DNA of 64,000 bases from Octopus sinensis. Lineage: Eukaryota. The DNA lies in NCBI RefSeq assembly GCF_006345805.1, contig NC_043024.1:11904001-11968000 (forward strand), given 5' to 3'. Under the pieces are notes generated by a model. That model saw nothing but the letters and a program-made list of their open reading frames with translations, did not search any database and was not told the origin of the DNA. Shown here one piece after another: positions 1-16,971 of this stretch. The stretch's first letter is position 1. Every line of letters begins with the position of its first letter. The position numbers and the translations under genes were made by a program.

Positions 1-191
1 TTCGCACCTATAAAGCTGCTTCACCGCCTTATGAGAGATCGAATTCTACATTCGGAGACGGATCGCAGCAGCATCCTCATCCCACAAACGTTTACCTTAA
101 AAGGCTATCATAGGTCTACTACATCGCATATTGACCTGATACCACAGAGCAAGACTAGCAACTGTGCAATCATGTCCTCCACCAGAATTCT

Positions 192-780
192 TATTTCTTT
201 ACTGCCCACAAGGGGCTAAACATAGAGGGGACAAACGAGGGCAGACAAACGGATTAAGTCGATTATATCGACCCCAGTGCGTAACTGGTACTTAATTTAT
301 CGACCCCGAAAGGATGAAAAGCAAAGTCGACCTCGGCGGAATTTGAGCTCAGAACGTAGCGGCAGACGAAATACCTATTTCTATTTCTTTACTGCCCACA
401 AGGGGGTACACACAGAGGGGACAAACAAGAACAGACAAACGGATTAAGTTGATTATATCGACCCCAGTGCGTAACTGGTACTTAATTTATCGACCCCGAA
501 AGGATGAAAGGCAAAGACGACCTCGGCGGAATTTGAGCTCAGAACGTAGCGGCAGACGAAATGCCTATTTCTTTGCTAAACACAGAGAGGACAAACAAGG
601 ACAGGCAAACGGATTAAGTCGATTAAATCGACCCCGGTGCGTAACTGGTACTTATTTAATCGACCCCGAAAGGATGAAAGGCAAAGTCGACCTCGGCGGA
701 ATTTGAACTCGGAACGTAACGGCACACGAAATACGACTACGCATTTCGCCCGGCGTGCTAACGGTTCTGCCAGCTCGCCG
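192..780 (-). mobile_element. tRNA-derived SINE family B, head + 3 tandem ~183-bp units
   Basis: Pol III B-box GAGTTCAAATTCC; 16-bp TSD CCTCCACCAGAATTCT at 176-191 and 781-796. Confidence 0.85.
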
Positions 781-1275
781 CCTCCACCAGAATTCTGTGT
801 ATCACTTAATCAACCATCATCTTTTTTGGTTGGGGATGCAAAACACACACACACACACACATATGGAGAGAGAAAGAGGACATCTGTGGACCATTGAAAG
901 GGAGTTTGCAAATCCAGTACCCAAAATAGACTTTCAGTGTCATACCTATTATTATTATTATTGGACAGAATACCTACAAACCCTTTTGGAGCAAAGTATG
1001 GCTGACCTTGGAATCTTGGGGAGAAATGCAAATCCTTAATTTATACTCTACAAATGATCACGATATGAGGAGCAATAAAAATCTGCAAGATCTTCTTAAG
1101 ATTTAAAGGATGATGGTTAAAAGAAGATACATTCCTCCATAGCCAATAAAGGCGGTGCTGCAGCATGGCCGCAGTCAAATGACTGAAACAAGTAAAAGAG
1201 AGTAAAGAGAGCCTTGCTTCCAAGTAGGTGGCTGGTCAACATTTACTCTAAAATCAGAAAGAGAAAGAGAAGAAC

Positions 1276-1967
1276 ATACATATATATACATACATACACA
1301 CATACATACATGCATACATACATACATGCATACATGCATACATACATATATACATGCATACATACACACATATACATCCATAATACATACATACACGCAT
1401 ACATACATACACACATACATAAATACATTCATACATGCATACATACATACATACATACATACATTCATACATGCATACATATATACATACATACATACAT
1501 ACATATATACATACACACATACATACACAGATACATACATACACGCATACATACATACACACATACATAAATACATTCATACATGCATACATACATACAT
1601 ACATTCATACATACATATATACATACACACATACATACACAGATACATACATACACGCATACATACATACACACATACATAAATACATTCATACATGCAT
1701 ACATACATACATACATTCATACATGCATACATACATACATACATTCATACATACATATATACATACACACATACATACACAGATACATACATACATGCAT
1801 ACATGCACTCATACATACATACATACACACATACATACATACATACATACATGCATGCACACACACATACATACATACATACATACACACACATACATAC
1901 ACACACACATACATACATACATACATACATACATACATACATACATACATACATACATACATACATA
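1276..1967. repeat. (TACA)n compound microsatellite
   Basis: Direct inspection. Confidence 0.97.
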
Positions 1968-2224
1968 GAAGTTGACTCGAGACTATGTAAGACCACTTCC
2001 TATGCCCAGTTCACTCTAAGAAGCATCTCAAGTTTAGTCTCCCCCATCACTGATCCCAGCTTCAATGGATCCTTCGGCCTACAAGGGAGTTGCAAGTCAT
2101 TCCACTCCGACCACAAGTCATCCCCCACCCCCCACCGGCAGCAGCAACCTGATCATCTGGATTTGGGAGCCTACAACGCCGAGTACGTCCACTGACCGAC
2201 CCATATACTCTGTTACGAGTTTCT

Positions 2225-2822
2225 ACCGGCGAGCTGGCAGAAACGTTAGCACGCCGGGCGAAATTCGTAGCCGTATTTCGTCTGTCGTTACGTTCCGAGT
2301 TCAAATTCCGCCGAGGTCGACTTTGCCTTTCATCCTTTCGGGGTCGATAAATTAAGTACCAGTTACGCACTGGGGTCGATGTAATCGACTTAATCCCTTT
2401 GTCTGTCCTTGTTTGTCCCTTCTATGTTTAGCCCCTTGTGTATAGTAAAGAAATAGGTATTTCGTCTGCCGCTACGTTCTGAGTTCAAATTCCGCCGAGG
2501 TCGACTTTGCCTTTCATCCTTTCGGGGTCGATAAATTAAGTACCAGTTACGCACTGGGGTCGATGTAATCGACTTAATCCCTTTGTCTGTCCTTGTTTGT
2601 CCCTTCTATGTTTAGCCCCTTGTGTATAGTAAAGAAATAGGTATTTCGTCTGCCGCTACGTTCTGAGTTCAAATTCCGCCGAGGTCGACTTTGCCTTTCA
2701 TCCTTTCGGGGTCGATAAATTAAGTACCAGTTACGCACTGGGGTCGATGTAATCGTCTTAATCCCTTTGTCTGTCCTTGTTTGTCCCCTCTGTGTTTAGC
2801 CCCTTGAGGGTAGTAAAGAAAT
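2225..2822 (+). mobile_element. SINE family B, head + 3 units
   Basis: Period 183 bp (2275, 2458, 2641). Confidence 0.85.
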
Positions 2823-2984
2823 ACATAAACTCTGCTACACATGGTACACCAGAGATCATGCTGGATATCACTTTCGTGGACGAAGCACCTCCGTAACCAG
2901 GCTTGTGGTTGAGTAGAACTGTCTTTCAGAAGCTATCATGACAACGCATATCACACACACCCACACCCACACACACATGTATAT

Positions 2985-3125
2985 AAGGGCCCTTCTTTTT
3001 AAATTTACCCACATGGTTGCTATTTCTACACAAATTGCACGTTTTAATTCATCGATAGATCGAAGGCGATGACTGAATACTTTTGATTTTAAATATCCCC
3101 ACAAGAAGAAATCACATTTCACCAT
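2985..3125 (-). mobile_element. Tc1/mariner transposase C-terminal fragment
   Basis: CDFFLWGYLKSKVF...RSIDELKRAI..EIA motif in ORF 2868-3173. Confidence 0.7.
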
Positions 3126-3159
3126 TCCAGAAGAAACGATCCATAGAGTTATAACTATT

Positions 3160-3388
3160 TCTTTGCTACCCACAAGGGGCTAAACACAGAGAGGACAAAC
3201 AAGGACAGGCAAACGGATTAAGTCGATTATATCGACCCCAGTGCGTAACTAGTACTTATTTAATCGACCCCGAAAGGATGAAAGGCAAAGTCGACCTCGG
3301 TGGAATTTGAACTCAGAACGTAACGGCAGACGAAATACGGCTACGCATTTCGCCCGGTGCGCTAACGTTTCTACCAGCTCGCTGCCTT
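3160..3388 (-). mobile_element. SINE family B monomer
   Basis: Same consensus as 192-780. Confidence 0.8.
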
Positions 3389-3531
3389 CCAGTCACAACA
3401 TATTGATCAATCTAAGGCAAAAGAAAAAGGCTATTTGTCCAATGCATGTACTCTGTAATGGGATTGAAACCTTGGGCTAGCTGACTGCACAGCAGATGTC
3501 TTAACCACACTAACATACCTGACCCTTATTA

Positions 3532-4106
3532 TTAGGTTGTCCGGAAAGTTCGTGCTGATTTTTAATGGAAAGAAAAAGGTCAATAAACACTTGCCATTAC
3601 CCAAGCTTTACCAGGTGCTCATGAACGACGGATTTTGACAGGTTGAGGCTTTCTGCCAATTCTCGGGTTGTGCAATGTGGGCTATTCTCAATTAATGACT
3701 TGATTTGGTCATCATCTGTAGTGGATGGTCTGCCTGATTGCTCTTTATCAATAAGGCTGCAATCTCCAGGTCGGAACCTTGCGAACCACTTCTGTACAGT
3801 TCTTTCGGATAAAGAAACATCACCGTAAACTGCGCATATTTCTTTGGTTGCTTGTAAGGCATTTTTCCCTTTACGGAAAAAAGAAAAGCATCAAGTGCCG
3901 AAAATGAACTTTCTTATCTTCCATTTTAAAGGGTTACAGAATTAACACAGGTTATAGGAACATAAACCTTCTTCCACGAAAAGATAGCTTAAACTGTGCT
4001 CTAAATGGAGGTGTAGTCAAATCCTATTTTATTGACTCAACCATGTTCTAAAATAAGTCGAAATGTAAGCTACTATAAATCGGCACGAACTTTCCGGACA
4101 ACCCAA
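3532..4106 (-). mobile_element. Internally deleted mariner element
   Basis: 30-bp TIR TTAGGTTGTCCGGAAAGTTCGTGC (2 mismatches), TA on both sides; minus strand from 3924 encodes MEDKKVHFRHLML...ERTVQKWFARFR...GRPS (frameshifted HTH), catalytic domain missing. Confidence 0.9.
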
Positions 4107-4519
4107 TAATTCTCGACTAGAGTGAGCCTTGATTTAGCAGGGCAAGGATCAAAAGTTTTTCAGCTATAACTATGAAGTTTTTTCTCAGATGGGATGGTCA
4201 TGGCCCCGTTGTCGGATTGAGTGGTTACATACAAAGTTGTGTATTGGCTTGTATTGTGTAACCTCTTAATGTACACATTTTTTTCAATTTCCTTGCAAAA
4301 AACAAATATTTTTTATCATTTATTTTGAATCTGTATATAAGGATGAATAAATACACAAATAATTTGGGTTCCTGAAGGGTTTATAACGAAGTTACTGATA
4401 GAAATGATAACTGCTGATAAATTAATGATAGAAAACTGGAAATAACATCACGGACGAAGAATTTCGGGTTTGAAATAAGTGACAGATACCTCGGGGTACA
4501 GTAAACGTAGAGTTTCCTT

Positions 4520-8910
<4,391 letters not shown>

Positions 8911-9003
8911 ATATATTTACTAGACATATCAGAACGGAAATATACGGGATAATATGTTAAGCGGTTAAGTTGGTGGGTTAACAGAAACAGTAGCTCACTG
9001 GAC

Positions 9004-9490
9004 CAGTGCTTTTCAAACTTTTTGCTGGAGCGGAACCCCAAGGAAACATTCCACTGGCTCAAGGAACCCCTGTGCAATAATTTAATAGTCTTATGTACAC
9101 ATATCTGCACAGGAGACTTAAAAATTACTGCCGATTTTTAGCAGTTTTGTAACTTCTTGCGGAACCCCTGCACTGTACTGGCGGAACCCTAAGGTTCCGC
9201 GGAACCCTGGTTGAAAACCACTGATATACATACATATACATATGCACATATATACACACATACATATACATCAGTGCTTTTCAAACATTTTGCTGGAGCG
9301 GAACCCCAAGGAAACATTCCACTGGCTCGAGGAACCCCTGTGCAATAATTTAATAGTCGTATGCACACATATCTGCACAGGAGACTTAAAAATTACTGCC
9401 GATTTTAGCAGTTTTGTAACTTCTTGCGGAACCCCTGCACTGTACTAGCGGAACCCTAAGGTTCCGCGAAACCCTTGTTGAAAACCACTG
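9004..9490 (+). mobile_element. hAT MITE dimer (9004-9223 and 9272-9490)
   Basis: TIR CAGTGCTTTTCAA/TTGAAAACCACTG; one 8-bp TSD CACTGGAC (8996-9003, 9491-9498) around both copies. Confidence 0.88.
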
Positions 9491-9584
9491 CACTGGACTA
9501 TTGCCCTTGTTTCGGTGAAACTCATGCTCGAATTGTTCATCTTTCTAGGATCGATAAAATACTTGCTATATTCTGTGAATTAAG

Positions 9585-10071
9585 GGCGGTGAGCTGGTAG
9601 AAACGTTAGCACACCGCACGAAATGCGTAGCCGTATTTCGTCCGCCGTTACGTTCTGAGTTCAAATTCCGCCGAGGTCGACTTTGCCTTTCATCCTTTCA
9701 GGGTCGATTAAATAAGTACCAGTTACACACTGGGGCCGATTTAATCGACTTAATCCGTATTTCATCCTTTCGGGGTCGATAAATAAAGTACCAGTTACGC
9801 ACTGGGGTCGATGTAATCGACTTAATCCCTTTGTCTGTCCTTGTTTGTCCCCTCTGTGTTTAGCCCCTTGTGGTTAGTAAAGAAATAGGTATTTCGTCTG
9901 CCGTTACGTTCTGAGTTCAAATTCCGCCAAGGTCGACTTTGCCTTTCATCCTTTCGGGGTCGATTAAATAAGTACCAGTATTGCACTGGGTTCGATATAA
10001 TTGACTTAATCCCTTTGCCTGTCCTTGTTTGTCCCCTCTGTGTTTAGCCCCTTGTGGGTTGTAAAGAAATA
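9585..10071 (+). mobile_element. SINE family B multimer
   Basis: TSD TATATTCTGTGAATTA on both sides. Confidence 0.85.
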
Positions 10072-10964
10072 TATATTCTGTGAATTATCCTCCCAAAAAT
10101 TTTATGGTTTTCGAATAATGTTAAAAAGCGATAATTCTCTTTCTTAAACCCTCAGCATTCCTGATACTTACAGCATTAACTTCGTTCGCATATTTACATA
10201 AAGTTACGTGCCTGACCTAAGGTTTAATCCTTCCGTCTCTTGCAATATTAATGAGGTTCAATTTGTTGAAGTGTTTGCTTAAAAGCAACATTGACAGACT
10301 AAAGCGAAAGAAAATGGAACTTCGTCGATGTTTCCTTCTTTTCAAGACAACATATCGACTGAAGTGATATTTGCTACTTTGAATGATAAAATGGTTCATT
10401 AAGACATTTTATCTCGATTCTCACCCTACAAAACACGTTAGCGATTGAAGATCGATGTTAATTGTAAAATCTTAGCAACGCACTTACCATTGTATCAGAA
10501 TTCCTGAATAAATCAACGAGAATCAGATTAAATACTATCTTGTTCAAATATGGACAATTCTGAAACCTTCTTCTTTCGGTTCCTATAGAATTAAAGGCTT
10601 CAATCTAATTTCTACTTTTGCTATCCTCCAACCTCGCCCCTCTCGACAAATAACCGTTTCACAAGAAACAAGATATATCTACCCATAACATTTCTCCGAA
10701 TCATGCAATTATCGTGATAATTTGTAATTTATCAGATGAAGTCAAGGCGTGTCGGACGTAGTCTCAAACATGGAGCACAACTCCCACCTTGGTGGTTTTT
10801 TTTTTTATCTCTCTAAGTACAGCATTTGGTTAGTTCTAAGAACGGGTTTCCTTTCCACTTTTGACCAATGGTCGGAGTAGCAGGTGTCGTCCCTCTCTGA
10901 CAAATGCAAAGTAATAAACACTCGATGTTCAATCTTGATAAATTTCTCTGCTTGTAATCATCGA

Positions 10965-11340
10965 CACCTCTACAACAACAACGCCAACATCGTCATCATC
11001 ATCATCATCATCATTATCACAACCACCACTACCATCATCATCACCACCACCACCACCACCACCACCACCACCACCATCATCATCATCACCCACCACCACC
11101 ACCACCACCGCCACCACCACCACCGCCACCACCACCACCACCACATCATCATCATCACCACCACCACCACCACCACCACCACCACCATCATCATCACCAC
11201 CACCACCACCACCACCACCACCACACCACCATCATCATCACCACCACCACCATCATCATCACCACCACCCACCACCACACCACCACACCACCACCACCAT
11301 CATCATCATCACCACCACCACCACCACAACCACCACTACC

Positions 11341-11371
<31 letters not shown>

Positions 11372-11400
11372 CCACCACCACCACCACCACCATCATCATC
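10965..11400. repeat. (CAC/CAT)n trinucleotide tract
   Basis: Direct inspection. Confidence 0.95.
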
Positions 11401-11527
11401 AACGTATTGAAAGGAAATGCAAGAAACAGCTTGTCTGGATTTATTCCGGTCTTCCCTGTCCCACCAACTGCGCCACAGATTCTGTCCCTCTTCGCATGCC
11501 CCGCCTCACATATGCTACTCAGGTGCA

Positions 11528-11530
11528 CAC

Positions 11531-11578
<48 letters not shown>

Positions 11579-11913
11579 CTGCAGGTGCCCTTAGCTACAG
11601 ACCTCAACTTAGTTTCAGCGTTATCTCTCCTCCCCCTCCCCCTCATTTGAAACGCCTATTGTTGTACATGACACACACATATACATACACGCACACACAC
11701 ACACATACATGCACATGCACACACACACACACACATATACATAAATACATATATATATATACACACATACATACACATATATATACATATACATATATAT
11801 ATATGTATATACGTGTGTGCGTACGTATATATGTATATATATATATATATATATAATATATATAATATATTATATATAATATATATACATACATATACAT
11901 ACATATATATATT

Positions 11914-11956
<43 letters not shown>

Positions 11957-12012
11957 ATGTATGTATGTATGTATGTATGTATATATATATTATATATATA
12001 TATATATATATA

Positions 12013-12068
<56 letters not shown>

Positions 12069-12106
12069 TATATACACATGTATATATGTATGTATGTATA
12101 TATATA
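11528..12106. repeat. (CA)n/(TA)n/(TATG)n tracts directly upstream of coding exon 1
   Basis: Direct inspection. Confidence 0.95.
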
Positions 12107-12286
12107 CTGATAGAAATCAGAAAGCTTCATCAGTTGAAGAGATTGTGGTTGGTGCTGGCAAGAAATTTTTAGTCCAGGCCACAAAGACACAAGTCCGAAA
12201 CTGAGAAGATCCCTTTCCACGGTTATCAAACCCCCAGAAACTATAGGAGGACTACTGAGGAGGTTGAAATACAAAAGCCGGGAAAT

Positions 12287-12390
12287 ATGAGAAGGTGTTC
12301 ACCTTCTCTCCTCTTCTGGGGTTCTGTCTTACTGCTTTACATTGCAGCAACACCAAATCTACCATTGGCTTCTGCAAAAAAATGGCTCAG
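12287..12390 (+). CDS. SSPO: Coding exon 1: signal peptide MRRCSPSLLFWGSVLLLYIAATPNLPLASA-KKWL
   Basis: ATG at 12287, basic-hydrophobic-ASA signal pattern, strong donor CAG|gtaaga at 12391; phase 2 matches exon 2. Confidence 0.8.
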
Positions 12391-12591
12391 GTAAGAATTC
12401 TAACTAATGAGAGAATTTCATTGAAATTGTGAAAATATTATTCTTATATTTCCTTGTAATTTTTCAGATTAAATTTGCATGTTTATGACTAAAACACAAT
12501 TATTTATAGATAATTAGTACTCATGGATAATTATTATAGTTAATAAAATTAATTGGTATACCTAATATACAGAAATTCTTGTAATATACAA

Positions 12592-13383
12592 AGGCGGCGA
12601 TCTGGCAGAAACGTTAGCACGTCGGGCGAAATGCTTAGCGGTATTTCTTCTGTCGCTACGTTCTGAGTTCAAATTCCGTCTACGTCAACTTTGCCTTTCA
12701 TCCTTACGGGGTCGATAAATTAAGTACCAGTTACGCACTGGGGTCGATATAATCGACTTAACCCGTTTGTCTGTCCTAGTTTGTCCCCTCTGTGTTTAGC
12801 CCCTTGTGGATAGTAAAGAAATAAGTATTTCGCCTTTCTTTATGTTCTGAGTTCAAATTCCGCCGAGGTCGACTTTGCCTTTTATCCTTTCGGGGTCGAT
12901 AAATTAAGTACCAGTTACGCACTGAGGTCGAAATAATCGACTTAATCCGTTTGCCTATCCTTGTTTGTCCCCTCTGTGTGTAGCCCCTTGTGGGTAGTAA
13001 AGAAATAGAAATAAGTATTTCGCCTGCCGTTACTTTCTGAGTTCAAATTCCGCCGAGGTCGACTTTGCCTTCCATCCTTTCGGGGTCGATAAATTAAGTA
13101 CCAGTTACGCACTGGGGTCAATATAATCATCTTAATCCGTTTGCCTGTCCTTGTTTGTCCCCTCTGTGTGTAGCCCCTTGTGGATAGTAAAGAAATAGAA
13201 GTAGGTATTTCGTCTGCCGTTACGTTCTGAGTTCAAATTCTGCCGAGGTCGACTTTGCCTTTCATCCTTTGGGAGTCGATTAAATAAGTACCAGTTACGC
13301 ACTCGGGTCGATATAATCAGCTTAATTCCTTTGTCTGTCCTTGTTTGTCCCCTCTTTGTCCCCTTGTGGGCAGTAAAGAAATA
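12592..13383 (+). mobile_element. SINE family B, head + 4 units (intron 1)
   Basis: TSD AGAAATTCTT(G/A)TAATATA. Confidence 0.85.
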
Positions 13384-13837
13384 AGAAATTCTTATAATAT
13401 AATTATTATTTTTTTTATTATAATCACTTGTATACAAGCGATTAAAATAATTAATACACAATTAATTATAACAATCATAATCTGTAGCAAGGTGGTGAGC
13501 TGGTAGAATCATAGCATGCTAGACAAAATGCTTACCACATATTTCGTCTGTCTTTACATTCTGAGTTCAAATCCTGCTCGGGTTGTCTTTACCTTTCATC
13601 TTTTTGAGAGCAATAAAACAACAGACTGTTGGCTTGGTACCCAAATTTGAAGACATTATTTATAATCTATAGTGTTATAGTTATACCAATCACAGATGTT
13701 AATTATAATGAATATTAAATTATTTTAATTATCAAAGAATGGTTATAAAAACAACAAATATACAGTAATTATTATAATTAATACGCAGTAATTATCATAT
13801 TACAGTTTTTATTCATATCATTTATGCAACTTTTATT

Positions 13838-14165
13838 ACTCTTTTACTTGTTTCAGTCATTTGACTGCGGCCATGCTGGAGCCATGCCTTTAGTCGAGCA
13901 AATCGACCCCGGGACTTATTCTTTGTAAGCCCAGTACTTTTTCTATCGGTCTCTTTTGCCGAACCGTTAAGTGACGGAGACGTAAACACACAAGCATCGA
14001 TTGTATATATATATATACATATATACGACAGGCTTCTTCCAGTTTCCGTCTACCAAATCCACTCACAAGGCTTTGGTCGGCCCGAGGCTATAGTAGAAGA
14101 CACTTGCCCAAGCTGTCACGCAGTGGGACTGAACCCGGAACCAAGCTACTTATCACACAGCCACA
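13838..14165 (-). mobile_element. tRNA-derived CORE-like SINE family A
   Basis: Matches the family A consensus (A box TGGCTGTGTGG, B box GGTTCAGTCCC, CACCTTGGGCAAGTGTCTT core, GTAAAAGA tail). Confidence 0.8.
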
Positions 14166-14809
14166 ATAAATTTTTATAATAATTAATTACTATAATTTAT
14201 GTGAAAGATATAATATTACTATTAATTAATCTGGGTAATCCACAATTATTATTGTAATGTAAAGTAATTATTATGACTACTAATATTAACGAGATTAATT
14301 TAAGGCGGTGAGCTGGCAGAATCGTTAGAACATGAGGTAGAGTGTTTAGCAACATTTTGTCTGTCTTTATGTTGTGTGTTCAAATTCTGCAAAGGTCGAC
14401 TTTGCCTTTCATCCTTTCAGGGTCGATAAAATAAGTACCAGTTGAGTACTGGGACTGATCTAATTGACTTAGTCTCCTCCCCTGAAATTGCTGGCCTTGT
14501 GCCAAAATTTGAAACCAATACTAATGAGGTTGACTGGCACATCAAAATCTTTTTGACATATATATATATATATATATATATACGTACGTACGTACGTACG
14601 TACGTATGTATGTATGTCATCGTCATCATCATCATCGTCGTTTAATGGCAACTCAATGCAAGAGCACCTTCATGGTCAACAGACCTGCTGGAAATACTAG
14701 TCAAATGCCCAGTCGAAACTCCTGTGGTCAAGAAGCTCGCTTTGTAAGCCTCAGGCTGACCAAAGCCTTGTGAGTGGATTTGGTAGACGGAAACTGAAAG
14801 AAGCCTGTC

Positions 14810-14871
<62 letters not shown>

Positions 14872-15065
14872 TTGTCCCCCTGCCACAATGTTGGTGTGTT
14901 TACGTCCCCATAACTTAGTGGTTTGGCAAAAGTCACTAATTGAATAAGTAATAGGTTTACAAATGCATAACTCCTAGGGTTGATTTATTCGGAAAAGGCG
15001 GTGCTCCAGCATGACTGCAGTCAAATGCCTGAAACAAATAAAAGAATAAAAGATAAAATATTTAT

Positions 15066-15350
15066 CATCATCATCATCATTTAACGTCCATTGTCCATGC
15101 TGGCATGGGTTGGATGGTTTGACTGGGCATGGTTTTCTACGGCTGGATGCCCTTCCTAACGCCAATCACTCCGAAAGTGTAGTGGGTGCTTTTTACGTGC
15201 CACTGACATGGGTGCCATTTGCATAACACTGGGGTATACCCATATGCCAGCGGCACGGGTGCCAATTTGCATGACACCAGTATCTACCATAACTGGTTTT
15301 TCTCGGGTTGATGAGTCTTCTTCTCAGACATGACATAATGCAAAAGGTCT
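15066..15350 (-). mobile_element. (GAT)n-tailed retroelement 3' end (family D; also 15770-15950, 34340-34675, 51480-51680, 53810-54060)
   Basis: Recurrent TTTAACGTCC..CCATGCTGGCATGGGTTGG..GCTGGATGCCCTTCCTAACG next to CAT/GAT tails. Confidence 0.65.
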
Positions 15351-15386
15351 TGGTCATTGCCCCATTTGGCCAACATTATGTATATA

Positions 15387-15419
<33 letters not shown>

Positions 15420-15568
15420 ATATATATAAATATATATACATATATACATATATATATATGCATATATATATACATACATATATATATAAATATATATATA
15501 TACATATATATGTATGTATGTATGTATGTATATACACATATATACACACACACATATATATACATACT

Positions 15569-15624
<56 letters not shown>

Positions 15625-15687
15625 CACACAAACACACATATATATACATATATATATGTATGTATACACACACGCACACACACACAT

Positions 15688-15719
<32 letters not shown>

Positions 15720-16303
15720 CTATATCTATATCTATCTATCTATCTATATATATGTATAAATATATCAACGTCATCATCATCATCGTCGTTTACTGTTCGC
15801 TTTCCATGCTGGCACGGGTTAGATGGTTTGACTGAGAGCTGGTGACCCAGAAGACTCCAATCTGATTTGGCAAGATTTCTACAGCTGGATGCCCTTCCTA
15901 ACGCCAACCACTTCGAGAGTGTAGTGGGTGCTTTTTATGTGCTGCCGGCTTTACGAACCACATGGTTCCGGGTTCAGTCCCACAGCGTGGCACCTTGGGC
16001 AAGTGTCTTCTACTATAGCCTCGGGCCGACCAAAGCCTTGTGAGTGGATTTGGTAGACGGAAACTGAAAGAAGCCCGTCGTATATATGCATATATATTTA
16101 TATGTATGTATATGTGTGTATATGTTTGCGTGTCTGTCTTTGTCCCCTCAACATCGCTTGACTACCGATGCTGATGTGTTTACGCCCCCCGACAATTATA
16201 GCAATCCCTGTTTGCATGATCAATAATCAATCATTTTAAATCTGGAATAATTCGTTTGTTGGAAGGGACTATCTTTGTGTCAGCAAACCTACATTACTGC
16301 TTA

Positions 16304-16423
16304 CCAACCACATGGTTCCGGGTTCAGTCCCACTTCGTGGAACCTTGGGCAAGTGTCTTCTACTATAGACTCAGACTGACCAAAGCCCATGAGTAGATTT
16401 GGTAGACGGAAACTAAAAGAAGC

Positions 16424-16478
<55 letters not shown>

Positions 16479-16682
16479 CTGTGTTTGTCCCCACCAACAT
16501 CGTTTGACAACTGATGCTGGTGTGTTTACGTCCCCGTAACTTAGCAATTCGGCAAAAAAGGACCGATAGAATAAGTACTGGACTTACAAAGAATAAGTCC
16601 TGGGTGTCGATTTGCTCGACTAAAGGCGGCGCTCCAACATGGCCACTGTCAAATGGCTGTAACAAGTGAAAGGGTAAAAAAG
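16304..16682 (+). mobile_element. SINE family A (5'-truncated)
   Basis: Consensus match with internal TA/TG microsatellite; near-identical copy at 34848-35210. Confidence 0.8.
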
Positions 16683-16971
16683 TAAATTTGTACGATTCTG
16701 TATATTAACCAATGAAATTCCAGCTTTGTCAAGATCACTTCTTTTCTTATTTCTGTTATTCTGAGACTTGGTCAGAATTTACAACTTCACCCCATGTCTT
16801 CCCAGATCTTTCTCTTTCACAGTACAATTCGCTTTGAGTGCAGCTGAGTGCACCTTTTATGCAGCTGCCTTCAACTTTGCACATCACATACCCACACCAC
16901 CACAGCTTTCTCTCTTGCAGACTATATCTGGCTCCTTTTATACACAGTTTTTATCTTAGATCACACATACT

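Noticed and set aside
1175-1996. Many long ORFs (HTYI/MYVC repeats)
   Set aside because: Translations of the (TACA)n microsatellite; no splice or codon evidence
10884-11594. 236-aa His/Thr-rich ORF
   Set aside because: (CAC/CAT)n tract open in several frames; not part of the spliced gene
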